Shown: positions 17,184 to 25,108 of the stretch, piece after piece
Position numbering within the stretch: the first letter of the stretch is position 1
How the letters are laid out: each line of letters begins with the position of its first letter
IMG/VR virus record: IMGVR_UViG_3300027702_000004
Span: 1-30,156 of that record
Direction: 5' to 3' (one strand)
DNA from: a virus
Taxonomy: Duplodnaviria > Caudoviricetes
Length of the DNA stretch: 30,156 nucleotides
The notes under the pieces: model-generated
What the model was told of the DNA's origin: nothing
Databases searched by the model: none
Seen by the model: only the letters and a program-made list of their open reading frames with translations
Made by a program: the position numbers and the translations under genes

Positions 17184-18514
17184 TGTCACAACAAAACACA
17201 GTAATTGAATATCCCACTGGTCTCTCCTCGATTCCTTATGCTTCTTTCTTGCAGATAGAGAAGTATAGTTATGATGAAGCACAGAAAACAGTTGCTAAAC
17301 AATTTAACGATGCTTTAGGATCTTATAATAGAAGTGTTATATCAGATGTAGTAAGAACTGGTGCAAATACATTAGCAAAGGCATATGGATCTGGAGCTCC
17401 AACAGACAGTTTTACTGACTATGCGTTAAATGAATATAAAACAGAGAGTAGATTAATAAGTACAAGAGAAACTTCTAGAGGGACAAAGAAAAAATATTCT
17501 GGTAGTAGAACAATTAATATTACAGATCCAAACGTAGATCCAAACACAAGAGTTAAATTAAAAAACGGTGAAGTAACAACAGTAGGTCAACTCTTACAAA
17601 AGAAAAAAGAAGCAGTAGATAAGAAAAATAAAGGTTTGATGTCATCTAGATGCATGTTACCACTACCTAATGAGTTTCAATATAAGTATGGTGCAGATTG
17701 GAGTAACGAATTTAAACTAGGAACACTAGCACTTGCAGCAGATGAAGCAGGAAAGTTTGCAGCAGTTGCTGCAACTGGTGGAGTTATCGGTGGCGGTTTG
17801 CAGTTTGCTGCAGGAAAACTAAGTGCAGGAAGTAACGTTGCTAAAGTTGGTGGAGTCGATCTTACTAAGATTATTCAAGGATCAGCACAAGGTGTTAAGA
17901 CTGCTGTTGATCCTATGAAAGTAAATAGTCCGTTGAATCCAAAAAACATTGCAGGATTAGCAGGACTAGCACCTAACGAAAACTCTATACAGTTCTTTGA
18001 AAGAATGCAAGGTAGAGAGTTTGGTTTCAGATTTGAATTAGCAGCAAGAAATAAAAAAGAAAGCAATAGAGTCATAGAAATAATAGAGTGGTTTAAACGT
18101 GGCATGCACCCTAACTCAAAATCTGGTAGAGGTAGTGCAGTCATGCTTACATTCCCAGATGTATTTGTATTGACTCCGAAGTTTGTAAAATGTGATGAGG
18201 ACGGAAATGTAATCGGAGATCCAATACAACATCCTATGATGCCTAGAACAAAACTATGTGCATTGACTGGACTGACTATAAACACAACACCATTTGGTCA
18301 ATTACAAACAGTGTTTGATGGTACGATTCCTATTGTCACAATGGAATTAAATTTCAAAGAGACAACAAAACTTACACGTGTGGATATGGAAGGTGCTTCT
18401 TATACAGACAAGAGAAACTCAAAGGTTATTGCAGGAGTAGATGCAACTGCTACATCAGAGGGTGGATTTATTGCAGATCAAGACAAAGCATTTACTGGAG
18501 AGGTATCATTCTAA
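17183..18514 (+). CDS. gp48: gp48-like baseplate tail tube cap
   Basis: R.F.F.F.L.ARN..ES..V..II.WFK..M.P, P.VF, CALT...IN and M.L.F.ET motifs. Confidence 0.8.
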   Translation: MSQQNTVIEYPTGLSSIPYASFLQIEKYSYDEAQKTVAKQFNDALGSYNRSVISDVVRTGANTLAKAYGSGAPTDSFTDYALNEYKTESRLISTRETSRGTKKKYSGSRTINITDPNVDPNTRVKLKNGEVTTVGQLLQKKKEAVDKKNKGLMSSRCMLPLPNEFQYKYGADWSNEFKLGTLALAADEAGKFAAVAATGGVIGGGLQFAAGKLSAGSNVAKVGGVDLTKIIQGSAQGVKTAVDPMKVNSPLNPKNIAGLAGLAPNENSIQFFERMQGREFGFRFELAARNKKESNRVIEIIEWFKRGMHPNSKSGRGSAVMLTFPDVFVLTPKFVKCDEDGNVIGDPIQHPMMPRTKLCALTGLTINTTPFGQLQTVFDGTIPIVTMELNFKETTKLTRVDMEGASYTDKRNSKVIAGVDATATSEGGFIADQDKAFTGEVSF

Positions 18515-19128
18515 TGTTAGGGAAATTACCAGACTTACTATACAACTTCTCGTCAAAACCTCTTGACCCAGATTTTCTAGTAGTCAAAAATATATGGAGA
18601 CGTGCTCAAATTCTTACTGAATATAAAGCACAGGTTAGTTTATTTGTAGAAGATCAAGTAGGAGATGGAGAGAGACCAGAAGATGTTGCAGTAAGGTTGT
18701 ATAGCAATCCATTTTATAATTGGACTATACTTGTAATTAATGACATCACTGATTACTATGCACAATGGCCACGATCAGTTACACAACTACAAGATTTTAT
18801 AAATCAAAAATATGATAATGCACAAGCAACTAAACATCATGTAACTACAGAAGTAAAAGATTCCAATAATAACATTATCGTTCCTGCAGGAAAAGTTGTA
18901 GCATCTAACTTTCAAGTAGCATACTACAATGGATCTACTACTGTTACTGCAAATCCAGTAGTATCAATAACTAATGCAATGTACGAAACAGAAATAAATT
19001 CTAGGAAACAAGCAATACAAGTTGTCAAACCAGATTTAATAGAAGATTTTGTAGCAACTTATGGAGAGATATTGAAGAAAGGAAAAATAACCACAACTGC
19101 GGGTGGAACGTCAGATATAAACATGTAA
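18514..19128 (+). CDS. gp53: gp53 baseplate wedge protein
   Basis: DGERPEDVA..LY....Y.W.IL..N.I.D...QWP (LysM-like). Confidence 0.9.
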   Translation: MLGKLPDLLYNFSSKPLDPDFLVVKNIWRRAQILTEYKAQVSLFVEDQVGDGERPEDVAVRLYSNPFYNWTILVINDITDYYAQWPRSVTQLQDFINQKYDNAQATKHHVTTEVKDSNNNIIVPAGKVVASNFQVAYYNGSTTVTANPVVSITNAMYETEINSRKQAIQVVKPDLIEDFVATYGEILKKGKITTTAGGTSDINM

Positions 19129-19129
19129 T

Positions 19130-19152
19130 AAAAAAGACCCCCGAAGGAGTCT
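19130..19152 (-). terminator. Intrinsic terminator downstream of gp32
   Basis: AGACTCC-TTCG-GGGGTCT followed by a T run (cUUCGg tetraloop). Confidence 0.85.
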
Positions 19153-19167
19153 GTAAGTTCCGATAGT

Positions 19168-19194
19168 AGAGACCGCACGAAAGGTCTCTTTTTT
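19168..19194 (+). terminator. Probable intrinsic terminator downstream of gp53
   Basis: AGAGACC-GCACGAAA-GGTCTCT followed by TTTTT. Confidence 0.6.
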
Positions 19195-19196
19195 AT

Positions 19197-20072
19197 TTAG
19201 TCGTCTTTTGCTAGTTGAGCAAAGTACGATAACGTATCCGTTTCTTCATTTACTGATGCAGGAGCAGAAGCAACAGGTGCGGGAGTAGATTCTACTTCTT
19301 CACCAAATGTTTCTTCATCAACTGGTTTTGAATAGTTACCCTTTAAAGTGCTCTCAAGTCTAAACTTAAGATCTTCATAGGACTTAAACTGATCATCAGC
19401 AGTGAATGATGCTAGACTATGTTCTTCTTTCCATAATGCTTCCAACTCTTTGTCGTTGAAACCACCTAATACAGATGTTTCTGCAAACTCAGACTTGTCA
19501 TAGTTCCAGAATCCTGCGACTCTAGTGATCTTTAACTTAAAGTCTGCACCTTTCCAGAAGTCAAATGGATTTACTGGTGTCTCATCTTCAAATGCGGGTT
19601 GCATTGATTCCATAATCTTATCAAATATTTTCTTACCATATCTGTATAAGAAAACTCTGCCTTCGTTGGCAGGATTTGCACTATCTTTTACAACGTAGAT
19701 GTTGCTATAATAGTTTAACTTACGCTTTTGCTTGCGTGCCTGATCTCTTTGTGGAGATCCTTCTGCTCCTGCGTTCCATAGTTCTCTGTTGAGATCGGAA
19801 ACAGGATCTTTTTTACCTAAAGTTGTAAGAGAGTTCTCTATGTACCATCCACCTGGTCCTTGGAAGGCATGACTCCAAACTTGTGCCCATGGAAGGTCTT
19901 CTCCATCGGGTGCAGGGAGAAATCTGATTACAGCGTAACCATTTCCTGCTTTATCCACCTCTGGTTTCCAGAGACGCTCATCAGGACCTGCTTTTGTTTC
20001 GGTCTTGTTGAGATTTTCTGCTTTAGAAAGTAAGTCTTGAAAATTAGACTTCTTTAATGCACTAAATGACAT
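19197..20072 (-). CDS. gp32: gp32 single-stranded DNA-binding protein
   Basis: D.R.WKP..DK.GNGYAVIRFLP, HAFQGPGGWYIENSLTT and NYDKSEF motifs; acidic tail ending YF..LA. Confidence 0.95.
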   Translation of the reverse strand: MSFSALKKSNFQDLLSKAENLNKTETKAGPDERLWKPEVDKAGNGYAVIRFLPAPDGEDLPWAQVWSHAFQGPGGWYIENSLTTLGKKDPVSDLNRELWNAGAEGSPQRDQARKQKRKLNYYSNIYVVKDSANPANEGRVFLYRYGKKIFDKIMESMQPAFEDETPVNPFDFWKGADFKLKITRVAGFWNYDKSEFAETSVLGGFNDKELEALWKEEHSLASFTADDQFKSYEDLKFRLESTLKGNYSKPVDEETFGEEVESTPAPVASAPASVNEETDTLSYFAQLAKDD

Positions 20073-20074
20073 GT

Positions 20075-20105
20075 GTATTCCTCGTATTTACGTATTGTGT
20101 GTATT
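20075..20105 (-). repeat. Four AATAC repeats in the gp32 leader
   Basis: gtatt at 20075, 20084, 20092 and 20101 (spacing 9, 8, 9 nt), flanking the GAGG Shine-Dalgarno sequence. Confidence 0.7.
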
Positions 20106-20120
20106 CATGACAAAAAAGGG

Positions 20121-20290
20121 GGGAGGTTGGATTACTGTGTACCAACAAAAGAAAGGGCATTACTACAGTGTAAAATTACTTTCCTTGCCTGAGACCCGAC
20201 TGGTAAGTCGATTCTGACTCGCATCAGCAGCACCACCTGTGTCTCATCACCTTAACTAGCGGTTGCCAGTAAGTTTATTCAGTCACTCCC
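20121..20290 (-). ncRNA. manA-motif-like structured RNA
   Basis: Closing stem GGGAG/CTCCC; helices TGAGAC/GTCTCA, CGACT-TACC-AGTCG, ACTGGC/GCTAGT and GTTGG/CCAAC. The sequence resembles, from memory, cyanophage members of the manA RNA motif. Confidence 0.8.
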
Positions 20291-20316
20291 AGTATTAGAA
20301 CCGTCGTCCCAATACA

Positions 20317-20940
20317 CTATTTATTATAGCAGAATAAAAATGATTTGACAAGCTTTTCTGCTTTTTCCTCTCCAAATATACCTTTTAGATACCCTCCAAC
20401 AGGGTCTAGACGTGTCATGTAAGTATCGAAGTCAGCATATACTGACGTATCTTCTCCATCTGGTTCTACTGCTTCTACCATTCTTCTATATGCATCAAGA
20501 TATTGTGCAAACTCTCCCACGTATTGATCTACCTCATCCATTTTACACTTACGTACAAATATATTCTCTGAGAAATGATTACCTTTCTCAAAAAATCTGT
20601 AGTCTTCTGTTGCTACTGGTAAGTCTGGATGTGAGAACATGTAGTTCTCTGTAGGATGCTGAAAATCAAATACTATGATTACCTTATACTCAGCAAATCC
20701 CATAAGATCCATGCCAAAACAGGGCAGATTACTGCCAGTCTTAGGATAGAGGATGTTGTTGTAAATGCTAGACTTTTCATTGTAAATTTCTACCTCACGT
20801 GCTTTCAAAAAATATTTATGACGATACTCTATTGCTTTTAAACTTGTGTTACGTTTTCCTTCCCACTCCATGCTAGTAGCATCAGGTTCAAGATCAAAAG
20901 TATTGAACAATACCTTCTTATAATTCTGCCAAAGATTCAT
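20317..20940 (-). CDS. pebS: Phycoerythrobilin synthase (ferredoxin-dependent bilin reductase)
   Basis: ILYPKTG..LPCFGMDLM, VIIVFDFQHP, RFFE.GNHFS.NIFVR and DFDTYMT.LDPV motifs. Confidence 0.93.
   Translation of the reverse strand: MNLWQNYKKVLFNTFDLEPDATSMEWEGKRNTSLKAIEYRHKYFLKAREVEIYNEKSSIYNNILYPKTGSNLPCFGMDLMGFAEYKVIIVFDFQHPTENYMFSHPDLPVATEDYRFFEKGNHFSENIFVRKCKMDEVDQYVGEFAQYLDAYRRMVEAVEPDGEDTSVYADFDTYMTRLDPVGGYLKGIFGEEKAEKLVKSFLFCYNK
20318..20351 (-). promoter_or_regulatory. Overlapping sigma70-like and late promoters upstream of the RNA
   Basis: TTGTCA-17 nt-TATAAT with an extended -10 TG, plus AATAAATA at 20318-20325. Confidence 0.7.
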
Positions 20941-21452
20941 TGAAAATAATTAAAGTTAATAACAAAACGTGCTTTAGTATTGCTAGGAGTTGATCCTGCA
21001 TGACGTAAGTGTGATGGAAAAGTTATCATACGATTCTCTACACTATTATATGTATCTCCGTTCTCAAAACTTGTATAACCATCATTATTATTAATATAGA
21101 ATATACTTGTAGTGTGTCTATAATCTCCTACATCAACATGCATACCACCAACTCTTACTTCATCAGTTTTTAATCTGCAGTTTGCTTTAATTCTAACCCA
21201 AACAGAAGGATTAAGTTTATCTAGAATAGGTGCGATAACATTTATATTTTCTGATACAACACCACGATTAGGATACCAGAATAGATGCATAAACTGAAAG
21301 TCATCAGGATGATCTACCTCAGGTCCTACAACATAGGGACAATACATCCATGGACAATTATTCATGAACCATTCTTGCAATTCTTTAAATTGTCTTTGTG
21401 TTAAAAAATTATCTTCTACCTGTACTGGCGAAACTTTCTGAACATTAAGCAT
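20937..21452 (-). CDS. 2OG-Fe(II) oxygenase
   Basis: HVD ... HAG ... R.VIN motifs and FYINNNDGYTSF; paralogue of 5221-5718. Confidence 0.85.
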   Translation of the reverse strand: MLNVQKVSPVQVEDNFLTQRQFKELQEWFMNNCPWMYCPYVVGPEVDHPDDFQFMHLFWYPNRGVVSENINVIAPILDKLNPSVWVRIKANCRLKTDEVRVGGMHVDVGDYRHTTSIFYINNNDGYTSFENGDTYNSVENRMITFPSHLRHAGSTPSNTKARFVINFNYFQ

Positions 21453-21675
21453 CAGTTATAAATTCTTTCTTTTCATAATCAAATCTAGGATGTGGTTCAG
21501 CAGGAACCCATGGTTTCTTAGATTCGTTTCCAATAACAATAAATCTATCAGCAGCAAAAGTTCCTGCTAGACTAATTCTAATTTCGTCACCATCAACCCA
21601 GTTCATTGAACCATCTTTTTTAGTATGGTTCATCAACTCTTGGATCTCGTCAATCATTTCTTGTGTTAGTTTCAT
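21445..21675 (-). CDS. Hypothetical protein
   Basis: 76 aa, tightly packed in the operon. Confidence 0.7.
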   Translation of the reverse strand: MKLTQEMIDEIQELMNHTKKDGSMNWVDGDEIRISLAGTFAADRFIVIGNESKKPWVPAEPHPRFDYEKKEFITDA

Positions 21676-22287
21676 TTAAACTCCATATTTACTGTAATCT
21701 TTTTGCTTCATATGAACCCAAACACCATTTTCTTTAACTTTATAGTGACCATTGTTTAGTTTTTTAACTGTTCCATCAGGTGCACCATATCTCTTTCCCT
21801 TGTTCCAAACAGGATCAGTGTTTGGAATTAAAACCCACTCATCATTTTTTTTAATATACTTACTAGAATTTCCTTTGTAATTTCTAATTGTACCTTCGGG
21901 TAGAGAATTATCTGCTTCCATCATATTCTCTTGATGAGTTCCCCATCTTAAGTTATCAACACTATTGCATAGATGTCCTCTCTTACCATGAAGTATTTCA
22001 TTGTGTCCATCTGGATTTGGAATAAAAGTTTCTGCAACTAATCTATGAACTGGTCTTGTAAATTGTTTTACAAAATTATTATTCTCATCATAAAGAGAAA
22101 TATTAACACAATGATATTGTTTCTCTTTATACTTGTTATGTCCTTGAAATCCTGGTTTTAGATAAACTAATCCATATTCATTGACTGGCATACGTTCTCC
22201 CTTGGGTCTTGCGTTGCGATAGCAATCACCCATTCTAGTAACATAATAATTTGGATATTGTGTTGGTACAATATGATCTGGTATCAT
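21676..22287 (-). CDS. Free-standing HNH homing endonuclease
   Basis: VHRLVAETFIPNP....ILH......N.V.NLRWGT..EN (HNH_3-like); NUMOD4-like N-terminus YPNYYVTR.G. Confidence 0.85.
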   Translation of the reverse strand: MIPDHIVPTQYPNYYVTRMGDCYRNARPKGERMPVNEYGLVYLKPGFQGHNKYKEKQYHCVNISLYDENNNFVKQFTRPVHRLVAETFIPNPDGHNEILHGKRGHLCNSVDNLRWGTHQENMMEADNSLPEGTIRNYKGNSSKYIKKNDEWVLIPNTDPVWNKGKRYGAPDGTVKKLNNGHYKVKENGVWVHMKQKDYSKYGV

Positions 22288-22367
22288 TTTTTAAATACTC
22301 CTAATTTTGTTAGCACATATAATGATAATGCTGTCCAAAAGATAATTTCTAGTCCTAAGTTATTCAT
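22284..22367 (-). CDS. 27-aa hydrophobic micropeptide
   Basis: MNNLGLEIIFWTALSLYVLTKLGVFKK; TAATG overlap upstream and ATGA overlap downstream. Confidence 0.65.
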   Translation of the reverse strand: MNNLGLEIIFWTALSLYVLTKLGVFKK

Positions 22368-22615
22368 TAGTAAGTTCCTCTATACAACCACTCATCAGAC
22401 TCATCTTCTGGAAAGTCATAAGGACCTTCAAGTTGTTTCTGATGTTCTCTTTCATCTAATACTTCATTGATAAGTTGTTTAAGTTCTATCTTGAGTGAAT
22501 CAGATATAAGATTAAGTTTATTGACTTGCATTGGTTTGATAGCAGCACGCTGCTCTTCAAGAGTTCTACCACTCTTACCATCCCCAAATGACATTCCTTG
22601 AGTGTCAATCTTCAT
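22367..22615 (-). CDS. Hypothetical protein
   Basis: Start MKIDTQGMS at 22615 preferred over 22672 because it avoids a long overlap with psbN. Confidence 0.65.
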   Translation of the reverse strand: MKIDTQGMSFGDGKSGRTLEEQRAAIKPMQVNKLNLISDSLKIELKQLINEVLDEREHQKQLEGPYDFPEDESDEWLYRGTY

Positions 22616-22814
22616 GATCATCCCATTGATCAGTAAGACCTTCGTTATTAAAGAATGCTCTATACACTCCAAAACCCGCTAGTAGAACTAATATTACTAA
22701 TATAGAAATACCAAGAGTTTGATTTGGATCTGCGTTGTAATGCGGTATGATAGCATTACATTTTGTCCAAGTGCCAGGTAGGGTATAGACAGGTGGACAT
22801 GAAATAAACAACAT
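22605..22814 (-). CDS. psbN: PsbN-like protein with N-terminal extension
   Basis: Single TM helix followed by G.GVY.AF....L.D.WDDHED, matching the PsbN C-terminal DPFDDHED motif. Confidence 0.7.
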   Translation of the reverse strand: MLFISCPPVYTLPGTWTKCNAIIPHYNADPNQTLGISILVILVLLAGFGVYRAFFNNEGLTDQWDDHED

Positions 22815-22817
22815 AAG

Positions 22818-22904
22818 TTATGCGGGACAAGTTGGTGGAGGAAGTTTTGGAAAACGCAATCGCTTTTTCCATCTCTCTATGAAATCTTTTATCTTTTTAT
22901 CCAT
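22818..22904 (-). CDS. 28-aa basic micropeptide
   Basis: MDKKIKDFIERWKKRLRFPKLPPPTCPA; ends 3 nt before psbN. Confidence 0.45.
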   Translation of the reverse strand: MDKKIKDFIERWKKRLRFPKLPPPTCPA

Positions 22905-22930
22905 TATATCATAAAAATTATTTTGTGCAA
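22903..22930 (-). promoter_or_regulatory. Sigma70-like promoter
   Basis: TTGCAC-16 nt-TATAAT with an extended -10 TG. Confidence 0.5.
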
Positions 22931-22936
22931 GGATTG

Positions 22937-23995
22937 TTAAAATACAGGCATAGTTTTACCCATGTGCTGCATCATATCAAAGATAATATACATCCTATCC
23001 ATGTATCTAGACCTGTAAGGTTCTTGAAAATATGGCATGTATGATTTTTGTTGTACATGTGTATAATCAAATTGGTATCTCAATGCTAACCTATCTGTAG
23101 TATCTCCTAGACGTCTATGTTGTATAATACTGTTATCAAATATCAATAGGTCATCATCATTCTCCCACCAATAATCATAAGTATATTGTTCTTTTACTAA
23201 TTCTTTTCTAATCTCTCCCAATACTTTTTCTGCTTCTACATCAGACATACCTTTGATACCTGTCACAGTATTGAAACTAAAATGCAATCCTTTAATTCCT
23301 GCAGGACTTTCTATAACAAGTGGTATCTCAGTATTTGGATCAGGACACATGTTCTTGTACATAAGATTATCCTGTGGTTCATTTAAACCAGGATTTATTC
23401 TGCCAGGCACAAAGTTATGTACAAGTATCATCTCATCTAATTCGCTACGAAAGCTATCACTTACACTATAATAATAGTTTGTAGTCTCCATAAAACCTGT
23501 GGCACTTCGAGTCATGCCTTCTACACCCAACAGTGCAACACCTGGCGTAAATGCTATGTCACCACTCTCATTACTATGCCATAACAACTCACCCTCAGCG
23601 AACATACCAATGCGATGTCCGTTGATTCTCTTTCCGCTTATTCTTAGTGTATTACCATATGCATCATCAGCACCCACTCTCCAAAATTCTCTTACAATTT
23701 CTTTAGTTTCTCTAGGTACATCTGGACTCATCATGAGTTGTTCTATGTTACCTTTAAACTGTGGAAACCTAGCAAAAAGAGTGGAAGCAAAGTTCTGTCT
23801 GTCTTCACCCCACTTCTTTATGACTTGATAAAATGATTTCTTTTTTAGTCCTGATTTTCTGATAATCATGACTAATTTTTCTAGGTGTAACTTACCTAAT
23901 TCTAACCACTCATCTCTAGTCGTATTTTTCCAATCTAGATCATCAACAAATACACCAAACTCTCCCATACTTGGGATGTTAGTTATGCGGGTCAT
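22937..23995 (-). CDS. TauD/TfdA-family dioxygenase
   Basis: G..V..LD, L.WHS, T.F and W..DD.LIFDN....HRR....R motifs. Confidence 0.8.
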   Translation of the reverse strand: MTRITNIPSMGEFGVFVDDLDWKNTTRDEWLELGKLHLEKLVMIIRKSGLKKKSFYQVIKKWGEDRQNFASTLFARFPQFKGNIEQLMMSPDVPRETKEIVREFWRVGADDAYGNTLRISGKRINGHRIGMFAEGELLWHSNESGDIAFTPGVALLGVEGMTRSATGFMETTNYYYSVSDSFRSELDEMILVHNFVPGRINPGLNEPQDNLMYKNMCPDPNTEIPLVIESPAGIKGLHFSFNTVTGIKGMSDVEAEKVLGEIRKELVKEQYTYDYWWENDDDLLIFDNSIIQHRRLGDTTDRLALRYQFDYTHVQQKSYMPYFQEPYRSRYMDRMYIIFDMMQHMGKTMPVF

Positions 23996-24059
23996 AGTAT
24001 CTTATCAACCACCCAGTTACTGCAATTAATGCAGCGATTCCAATTAATACCCAAGTCAT
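23979..24059 (-). CDS. 26-aa membrane micropeptide
   Basis: MTWVLIGIAALIAVTGWLIRYYDPHN; ATGA overlap with the upstream gene. Confidence 0.6.
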   Translation of the reverse strand: MTWVLIGIAALIAVTGWLIRYYDPHN

Positions 24060-24379
24060 TCTTTTGGCAACTCCTTAATCATTTTGTGTACATTATCTTT
24101 TAGTTTGTCATAGAACTGAGGACCTACCTCGTCCTTTGGCATACCTAGCATACTTGCAGCATTTTTTACTTGCTCTACAAGTTGCTTTGCATCAGGATCA
24201 TCAGACAATGTAACACGCATGTACATTGTTTGTTGGAGATCAATTAGACGTAACATCTTTTGTAACTGTTCTCTTTTCTGATCCAAACTCAACATGAGAC
24301 CCATCTTGTTGATGTCCATGTAAAGGTCTTGCATTTGTGTTAGTTCTTTTTGAACTACTTCTGATTGGAAAAATTTCAT
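24056..24379 (-). CDS. Conserved cyanophage protein (DUF1825-like)
   Basis: FF.SEVVQ.E and Q..MY.R..LSDDP.A motifs. Confidence 0.75.
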   Translation of the reverse strand: MKFFQSEVVQKELTQMQDLYMDINKMGLMLSLDQKREQLQKMLRLIDLQQTMYMRVTLSDDPDAKQLVEQVKNAASMLGMPKDEVGPQFYDKLKDNVHKMIKELPKE

Positions 24380-24531
24380 TCTTCGGCAGTTGATGGTGCA
24401 GGTTTACTTCCTTGTCCAGACTGTTCCCAGAATCCTGAGACAGGTCCTAATTCAAACTCACGATTGACATTGAACATTTGTGTCTCAAGTTTAGCAATTC
24501 TTGCTTCCAGTTCTTCAAGTTTGTCAGACAT
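24376..24531 (-). CDS. 51-aa protein with N-terminal coiled coil
   Basis: MSDKLEELEARIAKLETQMF...; overlaps the gp59 stop and has an ATGA overlap downstream. Confidence 0.65.
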   Translation of the reverse strand: MSDKLEELEARIAKLETQMFNVNREFELGPVSGFWEQSGQGSKPAPSTAEE

Positions 24532-25108
24532 ATTGTTGTTTGATTATACTCTTATATTTACCTTTATCTATACTGACAAAGGGTTCGTATTTCACTACCC
24601 TGTTACGGATTGGTTTCCATACGATTTCTTCTTTGATAATCTTGTCAAAGTTATCAACATAGTTGAAGATCTTATTAAAGATTGCCAAAGTCTCTATGCT
24701 TATTCTACCACCTAAATGTGCTTTTAGCAAGGGTGGGTGCATACCATCTATTATAAACAATTTATCAAACAAGTGCGAGATGTCATGTAGAGTTCTTACA
24801 TCTTGTTGAAAATTATATGCAAGTGATTGTTTTCTTTTGAGATATTCTTTGTAATTGTCTGCACCTTCTCTTACTAATGTAGCAGGATAGACTTTATCTT
24901 CTACTATCATATTAGCTACAAAAAATTCGCGTAACTCGTCCTCCTTGAAAGTCCTCGAAAGTTTCACAAAAAAGAATTTATCTCTACGACTATCAAATGA
25001 TTGCTGCGATGCTTTAGCAGCGTTACCATATTTGAAATAATCGAATGTGTCTGTGGTGAAGTGAAGTTTCAAAGAGAGGTACATTTTATAGACCTCTATT
25101 CCACTCAC
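24524..25108 (-). CDS. gp59: gp59 helicase loader
   Basis: Y..YL.LK.HF....DYFKY.G, F..R.DK.FF.KL and IS.ETL motifs. Confidence 0.9.
   Translation of the reverse strand: MSGIEVYKMYLSLKLHFTTDTFDYFKYGNAAKASQQSFDSRRDKFFFVKLSRTFKEDELREFFVANMIVEDKVYPATLVREGADNYKEYLKRKQSLAYNFQQDVRTLHDISHLFDKLFIIDGMHPPLLKAHLGGRISIETLAIFNKIFNYVDNFDKIIKEEIVWKPIRNRVVKYEPFVSIDKGKYKSIIKQQYV

Noticed and set aside
17875-18285. Minus-strand 136-aa ORF
   Set aside because: Antisense to gp48.
19158-19189. HDV-like ribozyme
   Set aside because: I could not build the nested P1/P2 double pseudoknot.
20121-20290. tRNA or tmRNA gene
   Set aside because: No cloverleaf, TTC T-loop, CCA end or tag ORF, and the length fits neither.
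21676-22287. Group I intron around the HNH gene
   Set aside because: The flanks are directly abutting ORFs, leaving no room for a ribozyme core.
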